A stretch of DNA of 52,358 nucleotides, the filler included, from Catajapyx aquilonaris (lineage: Eukaryota), in assembly GCA_000934665.2 (NCBI GenBank). It is 3 parts of 3 records of this genome, joined end to end, with 100 filler letters (N's around TTAATTAATTAA, not from the genome) between each part and the next. Parts side by side here need not be neighbours in the genome. Positions count along the whole stretch, not along the records: positions 1 to 17,305 come from JYFJ02006977.1; positions 17,406 to 34,700 come from JYFJ02006978.1; 1 more part is not named here. One strand, 5' to 3'. Under the pieces are notes generated by a model that worked only from the letters and a program-made list of their open reading frames with translations, was not told the origin of the DNA and searched no databases. Below are positions 9,835-19,655 of this stretch, one piece after another (position 1 is the stretch's first letter; each line of letters begins with the position of its first letter). The position numbers were made by a program, and so were the translations under genes.

Positions 9835-10372
9835 CAGGGTGTTTCTGAGCTAACTTTACAAACTTCTAGGGGTAATAGAGGGGGACCAAGACAAACATAT
9901 TTCACAGAGGAACCCATGTCCGGAAACGCCATCGAGAGGGGGTTCATAGACGAGGAACGGGTGCACTCAGACATGTCAGGCGGGGGGCGTCAGCGGTCGG
10001 ACTGTTTAGTTGCTAGGTGGCGCGCGGATTGTACTACACAACTTCGCAATTCGCAATAACTTGGCAACAACAGAACCACCTAACAACTAAAGTCAGCATG
10101 CTAGGTAGCGCGCAGATAATAAACAACAACTCTGTTGTTGCCAAGTTATGGCGAATTGGAATTGCTGAGTTGTGTACAATCCGCGCACCACCTAGCAACT
10201 AAACGGTCCGCTCACTAATGCCGCTCGCCTGAAGCGTCTGAGCGCACCCATTCCTTATCTATGAACCCCCTCTAGATGGCGTTTCCGGACACGGGTTCCT
10301 CTGTGAAATATGTTTGTCTTGGTCCCCTCTATTACCCCTAGAAGTTTGTAACGTTAGCTCGGAAACACCCTG
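9835..10372. mobile_element. Palindromic Tc1/mariner-type MITE inserted in the SINE tail
   Basis: TA|CAGGGTGTTTCTGAGCTAAC ... GTTAGCTCGGAAACACCCTG|TT. The arms are inverted repeats over about 240 bp. Confidence 0.85.
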
Positions 10373-10539
10373 TTTAACACTATAGACCAAGCAGAATAAG
10401 AAAATCCAAAAATTTTCAAAATTCAGGAGGGTAAGAAAAGTTACTTTGGTTGTAACATATGATATTTTGTAGATATGTATTTTGTATAAAGAACATGCAC
10501 AATCAAATTATTTTGACCAAGGTTAACCCCTTCCCTACC

Positions 10540-10870
10540 AGATCTAGGCAATGAGATTCATTTCTGTTCAACTTGCACGTACTCTGAAGATACGGTCAAG
10601 ATATTTTACAAATAATAACAGCTATACTTACACATTCATGCTGTACACTATTAATATGTTTGGAAAAATTTACCACTTGAGACTTCTAAAAGTCGCAAAA
10701 TTAATTTTCAAAATGGTTGCCGTAACAACTCGAAATTAAATTACTACCGGCCAACTGTTAGGGTGATTTAATTATGAAAAACGTTAGACTATACGGAATA
10801 ACAACCTTGAGAATCATGCTACGACGAATCTGCTGAAATCTTCGCGAGAGTTAAATTAATACTTTTACTG
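10540..10870 (+). mobile_element. Fragment of the fold-back family seen at 15345-17172
   Basis: Collinear with 15370-15480 plus 16070-16245, e.g. TACTCTGAAGATA..CAAGATATTTTACAAATAATAA and CAACTGTTAGG.TGATTTAATTATGAAA. Confidence 0.7.
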
Positions 10871-11067
10871 CAGATTGCCTCTCACTTCAGAGAGAAGCTG
10901 CTTTCTGCAGTAGGTAAGTTTCCAAGCCCGGCATTAGGCAGCATTCCACGTACATCCTTCTCATCCTATCTATTTACTCTAATGATTCATAGAATATTGC
11001 ATATTTAAATTCTGGGCAGAATTTTCTACATGGCCGTGTTATTTACAAAGACCATAACAGGGCTTAC

Positions 11068-11688
11068 CTAGGTCACTGGTATCAGAGATGGGTTCCTCCT
11101 TGACAACAATAGTGCCATCATCATGTGCAACCTGCTGAAGAGGAAATGGAATGGCAAAGTTGCTCTTCTGTTTTCTCCCTTGGGAATCCAGGTTAAGCCT
11201 GCCAGGAATGTTGGCAATGAGTGGCTTCCCATGGGTATGCCTTACAGTGAGTGGGTTTGAGGGGAACATGGAAGATGGGAGACGGGTTAGTGAGCGAGTA
11301 CCAGAAGAGGTGCCACATGCTCTTCGAGGATTTTGAGGTGAAGGAGAGGCTGAGGCTGAATTGACTCCAGACAGTCGAGCTACTAGTCGAGCTGGAAGAT
11401 CAGCATGCAATATCTTGTATGTGACTTTGCGCTTGCGTTTTGAGGTGCGGCAGGCAGGTTCCACTGACGTTGGGAGAGATGCAACTGTTGCATCTGCTGT
11501 GCTTGCTACTGCTGCATCTGGCTTGCTTGCTACTGCTGCATCTGGCTTGCTTGCTACTGCAGCAACTGGCTTGCTTGCTACTGCTGCATCTGGCTTGCTT
11601 GCTACTTCTGCATCTGCTGTGCTTGCTACTGCTGCATCTGGCTTGCTTGCTACTACTGCATCTGCTGTGCTTGCTACTGCTTCTGTGT
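11068..11688 (-). CDS. Upstream internal exon of the zinc-finger gene (low-complexity, with octapeptide repeat)
   Basis: Lies inside open frame 11039..11719. Donor CTAG|GTAAGC (11066-11067) is phase 1, matching the next exon. Ends with VVKEEPISD, typical of arthropod zinc-finger proteins, and contains basic KRKRK. The 5' boundary is inferred from gtctttgggttgcAG (11689-11690). Confidence 0.65.
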
Positions 11689-11692
11689 CTGC
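11478..11692 (-). repeat. Coding 24-bp minisatellite, about 9 units, peptide DAAVAS(KP/TA)
   Basis: Plus-strand unit GCATCTG(GCTT/CTGT)GCTTGCTACTGCT repeated in tandem without spacers. Confidence 0.9.
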
Positions 11693-12034
11693 AACCCAAA
11701 GACAACCCTTTTTAGACAAGGCTCTTCCAGTTCTTCAAGCTAATGTATTCAAGGTATGCTAAAATGCAAGAATGGTTTGAATGACTTGTCAGCGAGTTCT
11801 TAACCCTCGGACGGTGATGTGGGCACTTTCTGTGAACAAGGCCAATAGTTTCGCTATAACATTGAAAATATAGAACCTATGAGCTTCACATTTTAGAACA
11901 TCTTCATTTGATTCCTTCCATGATTAATGGCATGTAGTTTAAATTTTTGGAGCAAATAGCACAACCAGGAAAAAATCAATTATGCACCGATGCTTATATA
12001 GTTGGAGCCAGCCCTATGACACTCCTCGAATACT

Positions 12035-12255
12035 GTAGTGTAATAACTGTGTCCCATCGTTCGCTAAGACACCAACTTGTTCAAGGTTCAACTCCAGTGG
12101 TAGGTAGCGGGTAGTCTGCCGCGATTGGCTCGATCTTTCCTTCTTTCCGCAGACTTACCACTTGAGTGCACCTTGAAGAAGATGGCGGATAGCGAACGAT
12201 GTAGCGCTGCCAGCGCCAAAAGTCAAGTCTGGCGGAGACACAGGAATTAAACTAC
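12035..12255. mobile_element. Small diverged palindromic MITE
   Basis: GTAGTGTAATAACTGTGTC / GACACAGGAATTAAACTAC match as inverted repeats at 16/19. Inner pairs include CATCGTTCGCTA / TAGCGAACGATG. Confidence 0.6.
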
Positions 12256-12599
12256 CATATCCATACAACTAAGGAGGAAGTGACAGGGGGCTTAGTTGGA
12301 GCCAAGAGGGCCAAGAGGGCCAAGACTGCATTCCAAGAATGACTTACAACTGGCTTACTGAGGGGGACCTGAGCTTATCGGTAGTGATTCATGAACACGT
12401 GGAAAACCCAAGTTATTGTAAAATGTAGCCAGCCTTCCTGCAACTTCAAAAATGAGGGGTTCTAAAGTCTCGAACTGATAGTGGGCACTCAAAAGGAAAC
12501 TGGTCCGGCATCGGTGCCACGGGCACAATTTTGCCTCAACTACACATCGTGCACAATTTTTTTGTTTGATTGTACTATTTGCTCAAAATATGCAAACTA

Positions 12600-13110
12600 T
12601 GAGGGCTGTCCAAAAAGTATCCGACCTTTACGTTTTTAGCGGAAACAAATGAAGCACGGGAGGTGTCCTCTGGTGGGTGGGTGTGGAGTACCTTCATGAA
12701 TATTCATGAATTTTTTCCTGTCCCCAGAGAGTCAGTTGGCGGCAGTCAGCCTTTGAGTGACCAAGGGTACTAGGCAACCGTCGGATTTTCCTTGTCCCGC
12801 GAAAATGACGGAACAACTGGGACAGATTCAGCAGGCATTCGGAGATGATTCCATGGGCATCACACATATTCGGAAGTGCTACAACCATTTCAAACATGGC
12901 CGAAAATCAGTGGAAAGCGACTCACGTTTCGACAGGCCCTCAACAAGCCGAAATGACGAGGTCATTGACCAAGGTCTGACTTAGGTCATGCAGGACTGTC
13001 GTGTCACAGTCTGAGAACTTGAGGACGAGGTGGACATAAGCATTAGTTTGGTTGTATTTGATTTTGAGGGATAATTTGAGTGGCTGAGAAGCAAAGTGGT
13101 TCATGTTGAA
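12600..13110 (+). mobile_element. Mariner remnant: 5' TIR plus degraded transposase N-terminus
   Basis: TA|TGAGGGCTGTCCAAAAAGTATCCGACC is a decayed CGAGGG-type TIR. Translation IQQAFGDDSMGITHIRKCYNHFKHGRKSVESDSRFDRPSTSRNDEVIDQ, then VMQDCRVTV*ELEDEV after a frameshift. Confidence 0.8.
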
Positions 13111-13277
13111 ATTCGGCAATTTTGAGTTGTCGCTTGCATGGCATTCCCCATGCCCAACTCTGCCTGAAACCAGTGCTGTTGATCCCATTGCACAGTGGAG
13201 AAGAATTTGAAGAAGTCTGGTAAAAGTATTCCTGCATTTATGATCATGGAATTGCAGCAATAATAATCCTTTTTACA

Positions 13278-13695
13278 TCTTATAATAAAGTACAGAGTGA
13301 CTCTGTATGTATGTATGTATGTCCTGGCTACCTAACACACTTCCACACCTCCGAGAGGGCTGAAAATTTTCACCCTGATGCGAAACCTGCATGTGATTGA
13401 ACAAAAAGTCCGAAAACTGCAATTTTTTGAGTCTAAATGGCCAATATTAAATAAAAACCTCTGCGCAATTTCTACGCGCACACCCTCCCATCCCTACCCC
13501 ACCTCACCATCTCATGCTTCTCGGCCTTGCTCATGCCCTCCTCCCCACCTCTGCTCCAAGTCCCCCACTCACGTCTTCCTCCCTCCCTCCTTCTTGCCCT
13601 GTCAGCAGGTCTATGCCTGTTAGGTCAGCCCCGCCAGGCCATAAGGATATTTGAGGAGGTAGCCCGCCAACACCGTCTATCTTCCATATTTGTAG
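13278..13695 (+). mobile_element. Non-autonomous Helitron-like element
   Basis: A|TCTTATAATAAAG start, (TGTA)n microsatellite and CTGAAAATTTT motif. Ends ...TGTAG|T with no TSD. The 3' hairpin is degenerate. Confidence 0.45.
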
Positions 13696-14224
13696 TTTTT
13701 TTTGTTAACACCACCATTAAAATCTTCAAGTAAAGTCGCACCTAATGAGCCAAAGAGCCAGATCTAAATGAGGTTTTTTTTAAAGCCATAACAAGAGGAC
13801 GAAATCTGGAAATCCCATTTACAGCCATACAAATCGAATCTACAAGAGTCTTGGAATAGGGTTCGGCAGCTACACTAATATTCAAAGTTTTCTGCTTTCA
13901 ATAAGCCTGTAATGCACACTACTGCATACTGATTAATGAAACTATGCACAAAAATTCACAATTTTCTCACCCAAAAAGATACAGGACGAAAAATTTGTAA
14001 TTTTCTGAACAGAGAACATGTGTGCCTCAACCTTGTGGTGCGAAACTTGTGAGTAGGAAGCTTAAATCAGTGACAGATGTGAAAATCACCCCCGCTCCAG
14101 TATTCTCTACCTTTCTGCCCATGGGAAAGGAAGCTGACAAGTGAGTAATCAAAAACAGCCTATTTTTCTACCGAGGGGCCAAGAAATGGTCTGTTAAAGC
14201 CAACGTGAGATGAAAATGAGTCTG

Positions 14225-14520
14225 TTATGTCAGGAGTAAAAATACACAGCGCCTTATGGAATGCTTGGGCAGGTCTTTTGAGTCTGTTACAACCGGATTC
14301 AACTGTATTAGCAAGTTATGCAATTCTCTGAATCCATCAACCATGCCTTCTCGGAAAGAAATATGCATCGAAGTTAAGCACCATGTTATTTCTTTGGAGT
14401 TGTAGTCAGTGTTTTTGTCATGTTCTGTTGTGCCATTGCTTTGGTAATCATGTTTGTTCTTCCTTCCCAGCAATTTTATTTGGCTACTTTTTCATCACAA
14501 ATTTTAAAAATCCTCCCTTT
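14225..14520 (-). pseudogene. Possible highly degraded pogo/Tigger-type (CENP-B HTH) transposase remnant
   Basis: Minus-strand pieces ITKAMAQQ...SFREGMVDGFRELHNL resemble the pogo-type AS.GW...F..RH.L motif. Multiple stops and frameshifts. Judged by eye only. Confidence 0.25.
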
Positions 14521-14715
14521 TTATAACTTCAAAGTACTTTGACGTATCAGATCCAGCAACTGTGTGTCAGATTTAATACATTACTTAATTTCGTGAAATA
14601 CTGGCTGTTCACTATACAGTACTAGCAGGGGACCCGTTCTTCGCACTGCACTGGGATTGATAAATGAAAGAAATGTGTAAAACGTACATATACTCTACAA
14701 GATGCTATAGGCCTA

Positions 14716-14933
14716 CCATTCTTCGCATGGGAAAAAAAGCGTTCAGATTTATACAGAGATCTTTCCAAGCATTGTTTCCAAGTATTATTATTATTCAAGA
14801 ACAAACCAAAATATTTACATCCTTCCATTGCCTGCATATGCAAGGGAATGAGCAATTGCTTTTAATAATGCCTGATTGCCTGGAAAGATCTCCGTATAAA
14901 TCTGAATGCTTTTTTTCCCATGCGAAGAATGGG
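14716..14933. mobile_element. Short MITE with about 45-bp TIRs and TA flanks
   Basis: TA|CCATTCTTCGCATGGGAAAAAAAGCGTTCAGATTTATACAGAGATCTTTCCA ... TGGAAAGATCTCCGTATAAATCTGAATGCTTTTTTTCCCATGCGAAGAATGGG|TA. Confidence 0.8.
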
Positions 14934-15480
14934 TATCGCAGCTAGTCAGTGTATAAAGTACTTGCCCTCCGCCAGTGTAATTCGCCCACCCCCAAAAAAT
15001 GGAGTGGTGGGGTAATAAACAACATTAAGATTAGCTGGACTTTAGAATGGATAATTATGAAGCATAACAATGTAGTTAGGTGGACACCAAAGTTGAAATT
15101 GATTAGACAGTTAACAACTGACATAAATATGATTACACTTGGACAGTGAATTTCCGTGGGGTCTGGTAAAAATTGCTGCCACTACGTTTATATGTTACTT
15201 AGCAGGACATTAATTTTAATAATGAACCTGAGGGTCCGCCTGAACCACAAGATCCCTGTGGGGCCGCCAGCACCGCGTACGGAGACTTTTATATTACACT
15301 ACTGTATCGTATGAGTTGCAGGGGGCTGGCTACCAGTTACACCAAAAAGGTCTAGATTTTAGCTTATGCCTACTCTGAAGATAAAGACAAGATATTTTAC
15401 AAATAATAAAAGCTATATTTACCCATTCATGGAAAACACAATGAATGTGTTGCTAACAATTTTATTCCTCTAGATGTCCC

Positions 15481-16065
15481 TTTTTTATTTTTTATTTTTT
15501 TATAGTTACCCCATGATAGGACTGGGCCCTCTTAGTGGGGAAGGGGATTTTATTAACGTAGAATTATGTTACAACGTTTGATGCCCTGGTCCAGGGGCGA
15601 GGTGAAAGGGAGGGGATGTGCAGTGTGCATTGTCGTTTGCAAAGGTCATTTAGAGCTCCCCTGGGTAGTTACTAGTTAGTCTAGCGGAAATCCCACTCAA
15701 GGCAAAGCCAGAGACGACTCCAAACTCCGCATGAGATCAAATGGGGAATGCTGTCAGGACCCTTGACCTGACCCCTGACCTACCTAGGTCGCAGGGCGTG
15801 GGAATAAGAGTCCGGTAGGAGGTTAAATCAGTGTATTGCTGACGTGAACAGATACAGGAGAGAGCTCTTGGCAGGAAGCCCCCCCCCCCCCCNCCCCCCC
15901 TGCCTTATATAGTGTACAACGTTCCCGCCACCAGGCGGCACTCCAATCAGTCAGGGGGATAAATGTCGGACCACGTGGACCCAACAATGCCCAGGCTTGG
16001 GATCAAACCCGGGACCCTTCCATCTATGGGTATATGTTACTGCAGCGCTACTCCGCCTCCCCACA
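15481..16065 (-). mobile_element. tRNA-derived SINE (family B, copy 3) interrupted by a solo LTR
   Basis: Minus-strand head GGGGAGGCGGAGTAGCGCTGCAGTAAC...GGTTTGATCCC is collinear with the 9492 copy once 15752-15990 is removed. A-rich tail at 15481-15503. GTCCCT is duplicated at 15476-15481 and 16066-16071. Confidence 0.8.
15752..15986 (-). mobile_element. Solo LTR (235 bp), probably Gypsy-type
   Basis: TG...CA termini (TGTCAGGACC / GGACCCAACA). 4-bp TSD ATGC at 15748-15751 and 15987-15990. Minus-strand TATATAA followed by an AATACA polyA-like signal. Confidence 0.75.
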
Positions 16066-16374
16066 GTCCCTAAAATTGCTTTCCAAAAAGACCGCCTTAA
16101 AAACTCGAAATTCGAGTATACTACCAGTCAACTGTTAGGCTGATTTAATTATGAAATACGCTAAAATATACGGAACAACAACCTTGAGATGCGTGCCAGA
16201 CGAATTTGCTGATATCATCGTACTTGGCGAGAAATAAATTAAGACTTGTTTTCGGCTTTTTGACATTACAGATAACTCCCAAATTGATTTACTTCTCGCG
16301 AAGTACGATGTTAGGGTACGACAATTTCAGCAAATTAGTCTGATACGGTTCTCAAGATACATATTTCTAATCTA

Positions 16375-16895
16375 CCGTATTACCTCTCATATTGCGGCAT
16401 GCCGGCGTAGGCGAGGTTAACCAGTTTTTTAAAATGCTTGATCTGGTGGCTATACCGGCATGCCGCCGGTATAAGGCGAGGTTTTCACATAAGTTACATT
16501 ATCCTTTCTGAACTTGACATTTGCCTGAAAAGCAAAATTCACGTAAAGTCTATCAAAAAGGCACATTTTCTGGCAATAATCTCTATTTAAACAGTATGTT
16601 GGAGCAGGGGGTTCCCCTGTCAAAGCAGGCTGACGATGGGATTGGTCACACAATCTACATTTTTTATATGCACTGTGCAACAGAAGTTGCATATTCTCAC
16701 AGCCTGTACACTCGCCCATTTTCATTGTAACATTATTTTAGTATGGTACCAGATGCATTCCAAAAAATTTGGCAAGGATCAAAATTACGGAAATCTACCT
16801 CAGTTATTGCAGCATGCCGGCCACCCCCGGGTTATACAGGCATGCTGGTCAACCTCGTTTTATACCGGCGTGCCGCAATATGAGAGGTAATACGG
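16375..16895. mobile_element. pogo/Tigger-type MITE
   Basis: TA|CCGTATTACCTCTCATATTGCGGCA ... TGCCGCAATATGAGAGGTAATACGG|TA gives perfect 25-bp TIRs, with internal GCATGCCG subrepeats. Confidence 0.85.
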
Positions 16896-17172
16896 TAATT
16901 AATCCTTCCGCTCCACCCACCTAGATTCTCTGCGATGAGAATTGTCATACTTCGCGAGAAGTAAATCAATTTGGGAGTTTTCTGAACTGTCAAAAAGCCG
17001 AAAATAAGTCTTAATTTATTTCTCTCCAAGTACAACGATTTTAGCAAATTCGTCTGGCACGCTTCTCAAGGTTGTTGTTCCGTATATTTTAGCGTATTTT
17101 ATAATTAAATCAACCTAACAGTTGGCTGTTAGTATACTCGAATTTGGAGTTTTTAAGGCAGTCTTTTTGGAA

Positions 17173-17305
17173 ATTATTATTATTATTTTTTAATTTTTAT
17201 TATTATTATTTTTTTTTCGTACCCCTTGATGGCCCTCTATGGGCCTTTCGGGGGGTGGCAGACCACCATACAGTTTTCTATTTATTTTTCTTTGGACACC
17301 GGTGC
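17173..17305 (-). mobile_element. 3' end of a SINE/LINE truncated by the gap
   Basis: Minus strand: stem-loop CCCCGAAAGGCCCATAGAGGGCCATCAAGGGG followed by an A/(AAT)n tail. Confidence 0.55.
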
Positions 17306-17405
17306 NNNNNNNNNNNNNNNNNNNNNNNNNNNNNNNNNNNNNNNNNNNNTTAATTAATTAANNNNNNNNNNNNNNNNNNNNNNNNNNNNNNNNNNNNNNN
17401 NNNNN
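17306..17405. other. Assembly gap with artificial six-frame-stop spacer
   Basis: 44 N + TTAATTAATTAA (17350-17361) + 44 N, 100 bp in total. Confidence 0.95.
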
Positions 17406-19515
17406 AGCTTCCTTCTCTCTTACGGTTCTTCACGTTTTCTGGAGGACCCCCCTTTTTTTCTTCTTCTTCTTCTTCAAGATGCTGCTTGGCTGGGAGACGC
17501 GGGATATCTTGATTATGGTACGTGACGTAAATTGCATCGGGACAAGTCGGCCCTTGTAATTCAAGCCCATTATCATTTTCTTGTTGAGCCAAATGTGATG
17601 GTCCTTTACTGGATTTTTTTTTAAAAAAAAATGCTTTCTTGTGATTCTCAAACAAAAAAAAGACCTGCAGCCCAAATCAGTACAAAAGCCGATCTATCAA
17701 TTCCAATTTTCTGCACCTGAAGGTCAGGTTCTAGAAATCTTGTTAATTAGTGGAGAAGGCGTGCTCGTGATTTTAATTGATGTTCACGTGTTGGCTGTAG
17801 TTACAGCTACCCGCATCTGCTCACCTTGTATATTCCCCACCCATCAACGCACGTTTGCCCCCGCCGCTCTGAAAACTGTAACAATTATCCTGAATGCGTG
17901 ACTTAACGAGACGTGTCTCGCATCTTGATACGACACACACGAAGCCAATATTTTTGTGAAACTATCGATAAAATGTCAGTCAGATCAAAACCCATCAAGT
18001 TGTGATACATTGTGATTGAGCCAGAGTAGCCATTTAGAATTATTAAACATGCCTAACATTAAACTCCAAAATATAATTAAGGCAGAACAAAATTGTCACA
18101 ATATTTTCTAGTTAAACTAGGCTCAATTATATCAACAAATTTAGAAAAAAAACTACTATTAAATCGATGTATCGGTAATATATTTCGATCAGTTTTTTTA
18201 TACATTCGATCTCATCGTCAATAGGAATTTGGTGATAAATGTGTGATAAAGACTTCTTAAACTTTCCCTGCATTTATTTCAGATTTAGTACCTCGGACTT
18301 CCTGCCTTGCTCTAATCGGCCATTCATTTGCCGAATTTGCAAAAATATTGGCCCTATTACTGTGCATACTGCACCAACAGTATAGCTGCAATGCTGCACG
18401 AATAGCGCCCGAGGAGATAGAAATAGCAACCAAGCAGTTCGATCCATGGGCATCAGAACGATTTAAAAAATCTTTTTTAATGACGGTTAATAACCGGGTT
18501 GGTATCCGAGGAAGCCTTAAATGCAGAATTTAGTTTAAAAGCGTGTATGCGCCGGAAAGAAAAACGGTCTCTTTCCTGGCGCATTGCTCTCTGTCTGCCA
18601 AACCGATAAGACCTATTGGAAGTCATGTTGAGGGTGATAAGCAGACTTGGCACGATTGCCGGCACGAGCTGCGTGAGATAACATCTCTCAACTACCCTGC
18701 CCATACTAGTTCAGTGTCAGCTTATCGAGCGCCCAAAATGCTGTAGGCCCACCTCGCATTTTAGCCTCGTCCTTGAACTTTGCCCATTTTTTTTTTTCTT
18801 TCATCAAGCGCCTGGGGAACTAATCACTTCAACAGTTTTTCTCAGAACATTGATATATAGGTCGTGCAGTGTCCGGCTGGTATACAATACGGTGTTGATT
18901 ATTATCCGGGCGATCAGGAAACTGTGAGATTCCGGAGGACCGACAAGAAAGCCTTGTTGTTATTCTCGACGACATAGGCTTGATTTTGAGCCGAGCAATG
19001 TAGCCCCCCCACTTCCTTCCTCCTCTCTTCCTTTTCCTCTCAGCCTTTTCCCTGCCAGGAATTTCAACACCGTCACATCGCAGGTTCCCATGCTTCCTAT
19101 ATAGGACCTTCCTGCCTAACACAGAAGCTAAAGCCAGCCTCGTATAAATACAGTATAGTTCGATATACGGTGAGAAAGAGAGACAGCAGAACTTCCAACA
19201 CCTGATCAAAACCGCTCCCTTGATATTTCATTGCTATGGTCTGCACCTGGAATTCTTTATATTCACTTATACACAACCTGCGACTTGGACTGCAATGGTG
19301 AAATTGTGAGCAAATATTTCAGCCCTTTCATTCAGTATAATAAAAACCAATTAGCGACGTCGAAAAAAATATAAAAATCAGCACTTCCGCATGTTGATGG
19401 CATTTAACCCCCAACTAACAGCGTATTTGAATCCCATTTTTAGGATCATCATTCTCGTAAAACTCTCACTTTGAGGCATTTAAACATGTCATCGCCTATT
19501 TTTATTTGCTAACGT

Positions 19516-19655
19516 CAGGGCTCCATGAATACGTTACCGGGCATTATTGCGGTTGTCACTGCTGCTCTTTTGATATTTTTGTAGTGCTACAAAAATATCA
19601 AAAGAGCAGCAGTGACAACCACAATAATGTCCGGTAACGTATTCATGGAGCCCTG
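19516..19655. repeat. Near-perfect 140-bp palindrome with CAGGG...CCCTG termini
   Basis: 69-bp arms around a central TG (19585-19586), with 2 mismatches. No TSD. Confidence 0.95.

Larger units (their letters stand above)
8909..10452. mobile_element. Fully palindromic non-autonomous DNA element with TAA TSD, interrupted by a SINE and a MITE
   Basis: TAA|CAACCAAAGTAACTTTTCTTACCC ... GGGTAAGAAAAGTTACTTTGGTTG|TAA. Left arm 8909-9220. Right arm about 9243-9491, resuming at 10392-10452. Superfamily unresolved: a TAA TSD fits PIF/Harbinger or Chapaev3-type. Confidence 0.8.
15345..17172. mobile_element. Large fold-back element hosting a SINE, a solo LTR and a MITE
   Basis: 16080-16305 and 16948-17172 are inverted repeats. 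The left arm continues across the SINE to about 15345, by homology to 10560-10690. The right arm is cut by a retroposon tail and the gap. Confidence 0.7.

Noticed and set aside
11478..11692. Regular 24-bp repeats as a CRISPR array
   Set aside because: The units are contiguous with no unique spacers, they are in frame within a eukaryotic exon, and there are no cas genes.
11361..11762. Plus-strand Ala-rich and Leu-rich ORFs
   Set aside because: Antisense shadows of the stop-free minisatellite. Splice phase supports the minus-strand frame.
11800..11830. TTAA|CCCTCGGACGG piggyBac-like left end (also TTAA|CCCC at about 10523)
   Set aside because: No matching right TIR or TTAA found, so no element can be delimited.
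17144..17655. ORFs ending in or crossing the gap
   Set aside because: They are artefacts of the N runs and the artificial stop linker.
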